From: Saprospiraceae bacterium
GTDB taxonomy: Bacteria > Bacteroidota > Bacteroidia > Chitinophagales > Saprospiraceae
Assembly: GCA_034520175.1 (NCBI GenBank)
Contig: JAXHNU010000028.1
Coordinates: 74,252 to 138,251, forward strand
Direction: 5' to 3'
Length of the DNA stretch: 64,000 bases
A program made the translations under genes and the position numbers. Positions 27,633 through 37,875 of this stretch are shown here, in pieces; position 1 is the stretch's first letter; the number at the start of each line of letters is the position of its first letter. The notes under the pieces are model-generated. The model did no database searches and was not told the DNA's origin. It saw nothing but the letters and a program-made list of their open reading frames with translations.

Positions 27633-28472
27633 ATGAAAAAGGTTTTTCAATTCCTTGTTAGTTGTGCTTTTTTAGTACAGAGTTTTCAAACCCAAGCGCA
27701 AATCAACACACCCGTTGAAAGTCCGAGTGCCTCGTTCACACAAAAATTTGGCTTAACCGAAATCAAAATGGAATACAGCCGTCCGAGTGTAAAAAACCGT
27801 AAAATATTTGGGAATGTCGTCATTTTTGATAAAATTTGGCGCATTGGGGCAAATAGTTCAACCAAATTTTCAACGACGGATAGCCTTACCATTGCTGGAA
27901 AAGGGCTTTCAAAAGGCAACTACATCATGTTGGCTATTCCGAACAAGGACGAGTGGACAATCATTTTCAACAAAAACCTTGAGGTGAGTTACGAAAATTA
28001 CAAGCCTGAATTTAACGTTTTAGAGGTGAAAATCAAACCTAAAAAAACGGCGCAATTCGTAGAAACATTTGGTATTCAAACCAATAACCTCACAAAAACG
28101 TCTTGCGATTTGGAATTGGCTTGGGAAAATACGCTTATCCAAATTCCTTTGCAAAATGAACCCCATTCAAAAATAATGGCTGAAATCAAGCAAAAATTGG
28201 GCGGTCCTACCAAAGCCGATTTTCAGACAATTGCGGGTTATTATTACGAACACAATATTGACCTAAAATCTGCCCTTGAATACATTGACAAAGGCATCGC
28301 ACAAGGCGAAGGCTACGGTAATTTGCGCATGAAGTCTCTTATTTTAGCCAAAATGGGTAATAAAAAAGAGGCTATTGTGTGGGCTGAAAAGTCATTGGCA
28401 CGGGCAAAAATGTTTAGTAATGCTGATTATATCCGCATGAACGAGGAAGCGATTGCGGAGTGGAAAAAATAA
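27633..28472 (+). CDS. DUF2911 domain protein with TPR-like C-terminus
   Basis: Signal peptide MKKVFQFLVSCAFLVQSFQTQAQ, then SPSASFTQKFGLTEIKMEYSRPSVKNRKIFG...WRIGANSSTKF..., which is characteristic of DUF2911. Confidence 0.7.
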   Translation: MKKVFQFLVSCAFLVQSFQTQAQINTPVESPSASFTQKFGLTEIKMEYSRPSVKNRKIFGNVVIFDKIWRIGANSSTKFSTTDSLTIAGKGLSKGNYIMLAIPNKDEWTIIFNKNLEVSYENYKPEFNVLEVKIKPKKTAQFVETFGIQTNNLTKTSCDLELAWENTLIQIPLQNEPHSKIMAEIKQKLGGPTKADFQTIAGYYYEHNIDLKSALEYIDKGIAQGEGYGNLRMKSLILAKMGNKKEAIVWAEKSLARAKMFSNADYIRMNEEAIAEWKK

Positions 28473-28614
28473 AATTTCAAGGGGGTGCAACCTCGTTAAA
28501 AAGTTGTACCCTCTTAACTAAGTAGTCACTCATAAAGTCGGGTTAGCATTTCAAGTGCTAACCCGACTCCATTAACTTGAAGTACTACTAAGGAATGAAC
28601 TAAAATCAAAATCA

Positions 28615-30108
28615 ATGACAGAACTTGCACCAACACAACAAAATTTAGAAGATTATTTTGTCCCTTTCCGCCAACATATCATTGGGCAAGACCAACATTT
28701 TGACAGTCCTTTTGGTCGAAAACGCATAATTTATGCCGATTGGACTGCAAGCGGACGGATGTATCAACCTATTGAAGACAAATTGGGACAAGTTTTCGCA
28801 CCTTTCGTTGCCAATACGCATACTGAAACCAATATCTGTGGTACGTCAATGACCTTAGCCTATCACCAAGCCCGTGACATTATCAAACGGCATGTCAATG
28901 CTGCGCCAACGGATTGTTTGATTAGTTATGGCTCTGGTATGACGGGGGTTATCAATAAATTTCAACGAATTTTGGGTTTAAAAATCCCCGAAAAACAACG
29001 ACCTAATATACGGATTTCTAATCAAGAACGACCCATTGTGTTTGTTACACACATGGAACATCATTCCAATCAAACCTCATGGCTCGAGACCATCTGCGAT
29101 TTGGAGGTTATAGCTCCCACTACTGAGGGGTTGGTTGACTTGTCGGATTTTCAAAACCTAATTGATAAATATGCCGACAGACCGCTTAAAATTGCAGCAA
29201 TCACCGCTTGTTCCAATGTCACAGGTATCGAAACACCTTATTATGACATGGCGGAAATGATACACGCAGCAGGAGGCTTGTGTTTTGTGGATTTTGCTTG
29301 TTCTGCACCTTATGTTTCCATTGATATGCACCCCAACGACCGTCCACAAGGCTATTTAGATGCGATTTATTTTTCACCACATAAGTTTTTAGGCGGCCCG
29401 GGTTCATCAGGTATTTTGATTTTTAACTCCAAACTATACACCAATCGTGTTCCCGATAACCCAGGAGGCGGAACCGTAAAATGGACAAATCCATGGAAAG
29501 AACATGCGTTTATTGACGACATTGAAGACCGTGAAGACGGCGGCACACCGCCATTTTTACAAACAATACGCACGGCTTTATGCATCAAATTGAAAAATGA
29601 AATGGGTATTGAACGTATGTTATGCCGAGAAAAAGAATTAATAAAATTGATTTTCAATAGGTTAAGTAGTATTAAAGGGTTACATATTTTGGCATCTGAA
29701 CATCAGCATCGGTTAGGGGTTGTCTCTTTTTATATCGAAAATTTGCATTTCAACTTGGCAGTTAAGCTCCTCAATGACCGTTTTGGGATTCAAGTGCGGG
29801 GTGGCTGTTCGTGTGCAGGGACTTATGGCCATTTTCTGTTGGAGGTAGATAAAAAAGTTTCAGACGTTTTGACGCATCAAATCACCACAGGCGATTTGTC
29901 GAACAAACCGGGTTGGGTACGCATGAGTATTCACCCCACTATGACCAATGCGGAGGTGGAAATGATATGTAAAGCGATAGCCGAGCTAACACGCATGCAC
30001 ACTTGTTGGCGCACAGACTATGACTATAACATAAAGACCAATGAATTTACGCACCGTCATTTTATTGATAAAACCAAAGAAGCAGTAAGCACTTGGTTTG
30101 AATTTTAA
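28615..30108 (+). CDS. aminotransferase class V-fold PLP-dependent enzyme (cysteine desulfurase/selenocysteine lyase-like)
   Basis: 497 aa. PLP-lysine context YFSPHKFLGGPGSSG; HMEHHSN. Confidence 0.8.
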   Translation: MTELAPTQQNLEDYFVPFRQHIIGQDQHFDSPFGRKRIIYADWTASGRMYQPIEDKLGQVFAPFVANTHTETNICGTSMTLAYHQARDIIKRHVNAAPTDCLISYGSGMTGVINKFQRILGLKIPEKQRPNIRISNQERPIVFVTHMEHHSNQTSWLETICDLEVIAPTTEGLVDLSDFQNLIDKYADRPLKIAAITACSNVTGIETPYYDMAEMIHAAGGLCFVDFACSAPYVSIDMHPNDRPQGYLDAIYFSPHKFLGGPGSSGILIFNSKLYTNRVPDNPGGGTVKWTNPWKEHAFIDDIEDREDGGTPPFLQTIRTALCIKLKNEMGIERMLCREKELIKLIFNRLSSIKGLHILASEHQHRLGVVSFYIENLHFNLAVKLLNDRFGIQVRGGCSCAGTYGHFLLEVDKKVSDVLTHQITTGDLSNKPGWVRMSIHPTMTNAEVEMICKAIAELTRMHTCWRTDYDYNIKTNEFTHRHFIDKTKEAVSTWFEF

Positions 30109-30293
30109 GGAATTAAGTAGTCAGTTAGTTTAAAAGTCGGTTAGTCAGTCAGTCTAAAGCATTGACAATCAGCTTTTTATAAAATTTCAGAACAGCGATT
30201 ATTTATGACAACATAGTTAAAAGAACCTCAAAGTGAATACCTAATCTTAAACAAATATTAAAGATGCTCTTACACTTTTAAAATAATATAAAA

Positions 30294-30764
30294 ATGAAAA
30301 TTTCAGAATTAAAATCACATCTCAACGACCTCAATACGGTCAGTTTTCAATTGCCAAACGGTCAGTTTGTGCCTGCTCATTTTCACATTACAGAAGTGGG
30401 TTTATTGACCAAACATTTCATTGATTGTGGTGGTGATGTTCACGAAGAACGCATGGCAAATCTTCAAATTTGGGTCGCCGATGATTTTGACCACCGTTTA
30501 GCCCCTCAAAATTTCTTGAATATTTTAGACTTGTCTAAAAAAATTCTGAATGGTAATGATGTGGATATTGAGGTGGAATACCAAACCGAAACCATCGGAA
30601 AATACGGTCTCGATTTTTCAAATAATGCGTTCCAACTCGTGGCAAAAGAAACGGATTGCCTTGCAAAAGTGAAGTGTAATATTCCACAAAGCAAACCGAA
30701 AATTCGTTTTTCTGAATTGACGCTTGCTGGTTCGGGTTGTACGCCCGGTGGCGGTTGTTGTTAA
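30294..30764 (+). CDS. DUF6428 family protein (ars-operon associated)
   Basis: 156 aa. N-terminal ...FQLPNGQFVPAHFHITEVG and a C-terminal Cys-rich tail GSGCTPGGGCC. Confidence 0.7.
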   Translation: MKISELKSHLNDLNTVSFQLPNGQFVPAHFHITEVGLLTKHFIDCGGDVHEERMANLQIWVADDFDHRLAPQNFLNILDLSKKILNGNDVDIEVEYQTETIGKYGLDFSNNAFQLVAKETDCLAKVKCNIPQSKPKIRFSELTLAGSGCTPGGGCC

Positions 30765-30792
30765 TTTTTTTTCAAAAAAGACAGTTTAATAT

Positions 30793-31215
30793 ATGAAAAA
30801 CATTCTTGTTCTCTGCACAGGCAACAGTTGCCGCAGCCAAATAGCGCACGGCTATTTTGAACATTTTACGGACGGACGCAGCGTGAAAGTATATAGCGCG
30901 GGCGTTGAAACCCACGGCGTTAATCCGAAAGCGATTAAAACCATGAAAGAAGATGGTATTGATATTTCGGGCTACACATCAAATAATGTTGAAGAATATT
31001 TCGACATTGATTTCGATTTTGTGATAACCGTTTGCGACAATGCCAAAGAGCGTTGTCCGTATTTTCCAACCAAAGCGGCTAAATTTCATTATAATTTTCC
31101 CGACCCTGCCAAAGCCGTTGGCACGGAGGAAGAAATTATGCAACAATTCAGAGACGTAAGAGCCATTATAAAATCTTACGTCCAAGAATTTGTAAAAACC
31201 CATAATTTGCCATGA
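30793..31215 (+). CDS. arsC: arsenate reductase, LMW-PTPase type
   Basis: 140 aa. P-loop LCTGNSCRSQ (CX5R) with downstream Cys residues (VCDNAKERCPYFP). Confidence 0.88.
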   Translation: MKNILVLCTGNSCRSQIAHGYFEHFTDGRSVKVYSAGVETHGVNPKAIKTMKEDGIDISGYTSNNVEEYFDIDFDFVITVCDNAKERCPYFPTKAAKFHYNFPDPAKAVGTEEEIMQQFRDVRAIIKSYVQEFVKTHNLP

Positions 31216-31847
31216 AAAAATACATAGCGGAATTTATCGGCACATTCGCGCTCGTTTTTTGCGGAACGGGCGCAATTGTCATCAATCAGGAAACAAACGG
31301 GGCGGTTTCGCACGTTGGCGTTGCGATAACTTTTGGTTTAATCGTGATGTGTATGATTTACACGTTTGGCGAAATATCGGGCGCACAATTCAACCCTGCC
31401 GTCACATTAGGCTTTGCTTTGGCGGGCAGATTTGACAAAAAAGAAGTATTGCCCTACATCGGCAGTCAAATAGCGGGCGCATTTTTAGCCAGTTTGATAT
31501 TGAAATTTTTATTTCCAAATAACGCAAATTTGGGGGCAACCTTACCCGCAGGTTCGCAAATGCAGTCCTTCGTTTTGGAGATAATCTTGACGTTTTTATT
31601 GATGCTTGTCATTTTGAATGTATCGCAAGGCTCAAAAGAAACGGGTCTTTTTGCGGGCATTGCCATTGGCGGCACGGTACTTTTAGAAGCCATGTTTGCG
31701 GGTCCGATTTGTGGCGCGTCTATGAATCCTGTCCGTAGTTTGTCCCCTGCCATAGTATCGGGTAATATGACAGATTTGTGGGTTTATATTGCTGCACCCA
31801 TTTTAGGGGCATTTTTGGCGGTTTTTACTTGGAAAATATTGAAATAA
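31212..31847 (+). CDS. MIP/aquaporin family channel (AqpS-like, likely As(III) channel)
   Basis: 211 aa, 6 TM. Motifs FNPAVTLG and MNPVRSL (NPA/NPV). ATGA overlap with arsC. Confidence 0.85.
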   Translation: MKKYIAEFIGTFALVFCGTGAIVINQETNGAVSHVGVAITFGLIVMCMIYTFGEISGAQFNPAVTLGFALAGRFDKKEVLPYIGSQIAGAFLASLILKFLFPNNANLGATLPAGSQMQSFVLEIILTFLLMLVILNVSQGSKETGLFAGIAIGGTVLLEAMFAGPICGASMNPVRSLSPAIVSGNMTDLWVYIAAPILGAFLAVFTWKILK

Positions 31848-31849
31848 AG

Positions 31850-32003
31850 GTAATTACTTAGTCACGCGCTCACTTCGCTCGCGCGAGGGAGGGAAATGTG
31901 GTTCGTTTTTCGGCGAAGCCGAAAAACGAACCACGTCTCCTGCCTTTTGCGCGAGCGAAGCGAGCGCAAAAGTGCCTTTTAATGCGTATTTTGAATTTAT
32001 GTA
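31850..32003. repeat. hybrid element: type B left arm + type A right arm (truncated terminus)
   Basis: GTAATTACTTAGTCACGCGCTCAC ... GGTTCGTTTTTCGGCGAAGCCGAAAAACGAACC ... GCGCAAAAGTGCCTTTTAATGCGTATTTTGAATTTATGTA. The final TGGTTTCAAA is missing. Confidence 0.75.
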
Positions 32004-32038
32004 AAGGATCGGGGGGAAATGAGGTCAAAATAGTTTCA

Positions 32039-32413
32039 TTAGGATTTTATCATAGGCATATATTGGTCTTTGCTATCGATTATCGCCCATATCACAACTA
32101 TAAAAAAGAGCAAACTTGGCCCTTTTAATAGCTCTCCCATGTGTAAGTTATGAGCTACGATACCTATCACAATCGGTAACAGAACAATTGCTCCCAAAGC
32201 TCTTGTTTTTGGCAAGGCAAGTAGTAAACCTCCTACGATTTCTGCTATCGCCACCAAAGGTATCAGCCATCCTATTGCCGTAAAGTGACCCATCATATCT
32301 TTTGCTGCCTGAGGCATATCCAAAGGGATAAAATTAAGAAATTTGTTGAGACCGAAAACTACCATTGCTAGACCGACAAGCCCGCATAAACCCATTAGAA
32401 TTTTGTCTTTCAT
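32039..32413 (-). CDS. DoxX family membrane protein
   Basis: 124 aa, 4 TM. DoxX-like GLNKFLNF...EIVGGLLLALPKTR. Confidence 0.65.
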   Translation of the reverse strand: MKDKILMGLCGLVGLAMVVFGLNKFLNFIPLDMPQAAKDMMGHFTAIGWLIPLVAIAEIVGGLLLALPKTRALGAIVLLPIVIGIVAHNLHMGELLKGPSLLFFIVVIWAIIDSKDQYMPMIKS

Positions 32414-32444
32414 TTTTTTATGTTTTAATTATTGTGATAAATAT

Positions 32445-32629
32445 TTTGAAACCATACATAAAATCTAAACTGCTGGTTCTCGCGCTCGCTTCGCTCGCGC
32501 GAGAGGGGGAATGTGGTTCATTTTTCGGGCAAAGCCCGAAAAATGAACCACCTCTCTTCCTTTTGCGCGAGCAAAGCGAGCGCAAAAGTGCCTTTTAATG
32601 CGTATTTTGAATTTATGTATGGTTTCAAA
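32445..32629 (-). mobile_element. nested-palindrome MITE, type A, full length (no flanking duplication seen)
   Basis: Both termini and the core are intact. The flanks ATAAATAT and TTCGTGAA do not match. Confidence 0.8.
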
Positions 32630-32680
32630 TTCGTGAAAATGTACTTTAAAGTGAGTGATTAATATTTATGCGAAATTGCT

Positions 32681-33076
32681 TTAAGCCACGTCGCCTTTTT
32701 TAAACAAAGGCTTTGTCGCCAACCAAAACAAGATTGGGAACAAGTGCATCGGTACAGAAAGTCCTGCAAATAGTTCGGGTGATTCAATATCAGTCGGCAA
32801 ATTTGCAGCAAATGAACCGACAAGGCTGGCAAAAGTCAATCCAAGGAAAATAATGTTGAACCAAATATCTGCATGGGTTTTGACCATTTTTGAAAAAAAA
32901 TGATAACCCAAAGCGGCTAAAACAGTCCCAAAAATGGACGACCCAAAAATGGAAACGGTATTGATAGCTTTTGAAAAGTCTGTAATGAATGCCATATTGT
33001 AGGCATAATTGAAAACCGAAGAAGCCAAACCAGCCAGTCCCCCTGATAGAAGACCGTGTAACAAAGTATTTTTCAT
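32681..33076 (-). CDS. hypothetical membrane protein
   Basis: 131 aa, 4 TM helices. I recognise no motif. Confidence 0.5.
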   Translation of the reverse strand: MKNTLLHGLLSGGLAGLASSVFNYAYNMAFITDFSKAINTVSIFGSSIFGTVLAALGYHFFSKMVKTHADIWFNIIFLGLTFASLVGSFAANLPTDIESPELFAGLSVPMHLFPILFWLATKPLFKKGDVA

Positions 33077-33112
33077 TTTTCTGAAATATTAGGCATTTTT
33101 AAAAATGGGAAA

Positions 33113-33643
33113 CTACTTTGTTACAGGCACTGAAATATCCAATTTGATTTCGTTTGATACTTTTTTGGACATACCTTGCATGGTGCCAACACCGTAATCC
33201 ATGCGGTTGACACTGAAACTGCCTTTAAAGGTGTTGTTGGAGAAAGTGAAAGGAATCGAAACCGCTTTTTTCACGCCGTGCAATTCCAAAGTCCCTTCAA
33301 CAGTGTAACCAGATGCCGTTTTTGAGAACTTTTCAGACATGAAATTGATGCTAGAAAATTGTTTGGCATCAAACCATTTGTCACTTTTGGCGTGTTTGTT
33401 TTTCATACCATTGCCCGTGTTGATAGAACTGACATCTAACGAAACATTGAATTTTGAGGTGGTCAAATTGCTTTCATCGAAAGTAAGGTCGCCAGTCATC
33501 TTCTCAAAACTGCCTTCGGCATCTGTTCCAGCAAATTTGATGGCGTAACCATCAGCAATTTTCCAATTGACTGCCGTGAATGTGGTGAAAGCCGAAGCCA
33601 ATAAAGTAACGGCGATGAGTGCGGGAAATACTAACTTTTTCAT
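33113..33643 (-). CDS. YceI family protein
   Basis: 176 aa with a signal peptide. It is a paralog of 15912-16454 (...LELHGVKKAVSIPF...DYGVG...). Confidence 0.85.
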   Translation of the reverse strand: MKKLVFPALIAVTLLASAFTTFTAVNWKIADGYAIKFAGTDAEGSFEKMTGDLTFDESNLTTSKFNVSLDVSSINTGNGMKNKHAKSDKWFDAKQFSSINFMSEKFSKTASGYTVEGTLELHGVKKAVSIPFTFSNNTFKGSFSVNRMDYGVGTMQGMSKKVSNEIKLDISVPVTK

Positions 33644-33858
33644 TGTTGTTATCTATATTTTAATGCGTTAAAAAATTGATTTGAAAGTACCAAACCTTAG
33701 ATTTGATGATACAAAGGTGAGCCTTTCTTCAAACCTGCGCATTAATGTAGATTAAGAAACGAAAAAGATGAAAAAAAAGGTAATTACAAAAAAATATAAA
33801 CTGACGAGTAGAATCGTAGAAAGATTTGAAATTTTCCTACGATTGAGTACTCAGTATT

Positions 33859-34485
33859 TTACTTCTTTTGTTTCAATTTTGTGTTATCACTGCGTAATTT
33901 ACTCAAGGCTTCGGGCGTAATACCCAGATAAGAAGCAATCATACGCTGTGGCACACGTTGCACAATACTGGGGTAGGTTTCCATAAAATGTTGATAACGC
34001 TCCCAAGCCGTTGCACTCATCAACATAATGATGCGTTTTTGAAGCACGGCAATGCGTTTTATAAATTTTTCAGTCGTCATGTTATTGATTTGAGGGGAAA
34101 TCGCTCTAATGAGTTCAGATAAACGACGGTCAAAAACTTCTACTTGGCTATCTTCTAAGGCATCAATAAATAAATCGGAAGGTGCATCCGTCATTTGGGT
34201 TGATATATCCGAGATTATCCAACCTTCTGGTGCGAACATAAAAATATGCTCTTTGCCCTTGTCGTCAATCGTATAACTACGCAAACAGCCTATTCTGACA
34301 AAATAAGCTTTAGTTGCCACTTCTCCTTTTCGTAAAATGATGTCTCCTTTTTTGATATTTTTTATCGTAATAAAGGCATCAACCAGTGCAAGTTGTTGCG
34401 CTGACAAAAGTTGTAATGGTCTATAACTATCTTTTATAGAAGGGCTATTACTATGGGCATTATTGTGTAATAATGAATTTTCCAT
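33859..34485 (-). CDS. Crp/Fnr family transcriptional regulator
   Basis: 208 aa. cNMP-binding fold plus C-terminal HTH (VPQRMIASYLGITPEALSKLR). Confidence 0.85.
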   Translation of the reverse strand: MENSLLHNNAHSNSPSIKDSYRPLQLLSAQQLALVDAFITIKNIKKGDIILRKGEVATKAYFVRIGCLRSYTIDDKGKEHIFMFAPEGWIISDISTQMTDAPSDLFIDALEDSQVEVFDRRLSELIRAISPQINNMTTEKFIKRIAVLQKRIIMLMSATAWERYQHFMETYPSIVQRVPQRMIASYLGITPEALSKLRSDNTKLKQKK

Positions 34486-34670
34486 TCGTTTTTTTATGGC
34501 AAACTTACAATTCGTATTGGCTTTATGAAAGATTTTACCTACTTTTTAAGGTTTGCTTTCTTTGCAGAAAGGGCAATTGTTCTTTTTATACACCTAATGG
34601 AGCTACAGAATTACAAATATTTTGGGCAGATTTCGTCGAATACCCCCCTCAGTATTTCGGCTTAAAAAGA

Positions 34671-37600
34671 CTAAATTTGACCACCTACCCCTTTAAACTT
34701 CTCCACAAAAGAAGCAATTCTTTGAAAAACGCTTTGTTTTTTTGTCAAATACTGCGGGTTTAAAGGACTCATCTTGGGCAAAATGGCGTTGAGTTCTGTG
34801 CCGTTTTCACTCGCGTATTCCCGCTTCAAGGAAGCCTTTATGTACCGCTTTGCGGCTACCTCATTTAAGTTTTCATCGGCAATGAGTTCTGCGGCTTCTA
34901 TTTTTTGTTTGCCTTGTGCGTAAGTGAAGAAAGCGTCTATGATGCTTGCTTTGTCAGGTATGGCATCAAGCTCGGTTGCATTGATAAAATCAACGACCAA
35001 ACTTTCTTTGGCTCTATTGCCTACACTCGCCCGAATAATGCGCCGTGTTTCTTCTATCAAAGTCGCTTTGTCTTTGGTCTTTTTGTTGTGGTCAAAAATC
35101 AATTCGAGAATGTAATCCAAGTTTATTTCTTGCGATTTCAATAAATCTACTTCAAACACCACATCGTCCCAATCAATTTTTGAGGCTTCGGCTGCTGCCC
35201 CGCTTTTCTCCCGTCTTATCCAATCCCGAATATCGTTGTACGTGGAGCGATAATCTTGAATGGTTCGCTCTTTTAGCAATTGAACGCCTTTCATGTCCTC
35301 AACTTCGGCATCGGTTAAAAAATGCGCTTCTTTGAAGGATTCAACCGCCGCAGCGTCGTTGAGGTCTATGGTTTGAAGGGCTTTTAAATGGGTAAACTCA
35401 TCGTAATTTTGGAGGATATTTTCTACCCGCAGGTACTCGCCAAAGAGTTTTGCGAACTCTTTTTTATCTTTCTCTTTGACTATTTCATCAGGATTTGGGA
35501 ACTTTTCGTTCAATTCTTTGACCACTTCTATAAAACCTCTCCGCGCTTCACCCGTTGCCACGTCCGTAAAACCGCCTAAATATTCTTTGTAGCTCTTTTC
35601 AAGCACGACGTTTTTCGTATTCTTATCTCCAAAAAGCGTAATGGCATCAATAGTAGCCTGTTCTAAATTTCTAAACGTGACAATATTGCCAAAAGACTTA
35701 TTAGGATAAATACGGTTTGTGCGGGAAAAGGCTTGCATCAAACCATGATACCGCAGGTTTTTATCCACAAACAAGGTGTTGAGCGTCGGTGCATCAAAAC
35801 CCGTTAGAAACATACCGACCACAATCAGTAAGTCTATTTCCTTGCTTTTTACCCGTTTGGCAAGGTCACGGTAGTAGTTCTGAAATTCGTTGCTGTCCAC
35901 GCCATAACTGGTTTTGAACATTGCATTGTAGTCATTGATGGCTTTTGCTAAAAATTCTTTCGCGCTGATGTCCATTACTGAGGGGTCAAAAGTCTCGTCC
36001 ACTATTTCACCGACGGCACTTTGTTCTTCATTGGCGGCGTAGGAAAAAATGGTCGCTATGCGTAAGGGCTTATCACTATCCTTTTGCAAACAGTTCAAGG
36101 CTTCGTAATAGCATTTGGCAGCATCAACGCTGCTGACCGCAAACATCGCATTGAAGCCTTTGTTTGTGCCTTGTGTTCGGTTGGTTTTAAACCTGAAATT
36201 CTTTAAAATGTATTCCGAAATTTCTTCAATCCGTTTGGGGTGCAACAAAGCGGTTTTGTTTTCGGCGGCACTGAGTTTCTTTTCGTCTATTTCGGTTTCA
36301 ATCCCTTTAAACATGGGGCGAACATCGTTGTAATCCACTTTAAATTTCAACACCTTATCATCTCTAATCGCATCGGTAATGACGTAAGAATGTAACTCAC
36401 GACCAAATACGCTTGCCGTCGTTTCCGAACCCAAAGCATTTTGAGGAAATATGGGCGTTCCCGTAAAACCAAATTGATAATACTTTTTAAACTTCTTGCT
36501 CAGGTTTTTTTGGGCTTCGCCAAATTGAGAGCGGTGACACTCATCAAATATGAAAATGACTTGCTTTTTGTAAATCGCTAAATCAGCCTCAGTTTTCATT
36601 AAGTGATTCAACTTCTGAATAGTTGTCACGATGATTTTATTGTCTTCTTTTTCGATATTGCGCTTCAATCCTGCGGTGCTGTCCGAGCCGTTCACGCTAT
36701 CGGGCGAGAAATCGTTGGTATTCTTTCATGGTTTGAAAGTCCAAATCTTTGCGGTCCACCACGAAGAATACTTTATCTATAAAATCCAATTGCGTGGCTA
36801 ATCGGGCGGCTTTGAAACTCGTGAGGGTTTTGCCCGAACCCGTCGTGTGCCAAATATAACCACCCCCCTCAGTATCTGACCATTTTTTAGCTTCAAATGA
36901 ACTTTTAATTTTCCACATCATGCGTTCGGTAGCGGCTATCTGATAAGGGCGCATGATGAGCAGCGTATCACTCGCATCAAATACCGAATACGTCAGCAGC
37001 ACATTCAAAAGCGTGTGTTTTTGAAAAAACGTCGCCGTGAAATCTTTGAGGTCTTTGATGAGCGTATTATCCGATTTTGCCCAGTTCATCGTAAAATCAA
37101 AACTGTTTTTATTGCGCTCGACGGTGTTGGCAAAATAGCGGCTATCGGTGCCGTTGGAGATGACAAATATCTGTATGTACTTGAAAAGCGAGTTTTCACT
37201 ATTGAAACTCTCTTTGGTGTAGCGATGCACTTGATTGAAGGCTTCTTGGATAGCAACGCCCCGTTTTTTTAATTCGACTTGTATCAAAGGCAATCCATTC
37301 ACCAAAATCGTCACATCATAGCGGTTGGCGTGCTTGCCTTTTTGCTCAAATTGGGCAATGACTTGTACTTTATTGCGGGCAATCTGCTTTTTATCCACTA
37401 AATAGATGTTTTGGATATGCCCATCGTCAAAGACAAAATCGTGGATATAATTGTCGTGGATTTTCCTTGTTTTCTCCACCAAATTATCGCTGGGTTTGGC
37501 CAAATATTCCGCCACAAAACGCCGCCATTCCGCATCTGAAAACGCCATCGCGTTGAGCGTTTGTAGCTGTTCGCGGACATTCGCCAATAGAGCATCGGGC

Positions 37601-37773
37601 GTCGTCAGTTTGAGGTATTCGTAGCCTTGTTGGATAAGGTCTTGGATAAATTCTTTCTCCAAAGCCGCTTCGCTTTGATGGATAGCAGACGGTTCGTTCG
37701 CCTCCGCGTACTTGAAGTAGCTATCCAGGACGATGAAATTATTGGATTCTGCGATGGTGTTATATGGTGTCAT
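34671..37773 (-). pseudogene. hsdR: type I restriction enzyme R subunit (type IC, EcoR124I-like) split by one frameshift
   Basis: Two abutting ORFs, 36697-37773 (358 aa, HTTGSGKT Walker A) and 34671-36695 (674 aa, DECHRSQ). On the minus strand ...GAA TAC CAA CGA TTT CTC GCC CGA TAG reads EYQRFLAR*. Dropping one base near 36706-36709 gives [19 protein letters not shown], continuous with the second ORF. Confidence 0.85.
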
Positions 37774-37798
37774 TTTTATTTATTTTTATTATCTTGTT

Positions 37799-37875
37799 GG
37801 GGCGACCGTTCGCGCGACCGTTGGGGCGACCCTTGTGGTTGCCCTTTATTTTGGGGCGACCACGAGGGTCGCCCC
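37799..37875. repeat. GC-rich GGGGCGACC repeat cluster with strong hairpin between hsdS and hsdR
   Basis: GGGGCGACC-like units at 37799, about 37813 (GCGCGACC), 37823 and 37853. GGGGCGACCACGAGGGTCGCCCC (37853-37875) is a 9-10-bp GC stem. Confidence 0.7.

Noticed and set aside
19005-28472. Classical integron / attC cassette array.
   Set aside because: There is no intI-type integrase and no attI. The boundary repeats share only an 11-15-nt word, and sometimes a terminator hairpin, rather than attC-like imperfect palindromes with R/L boxes. The analogy is kept only as an analogy.
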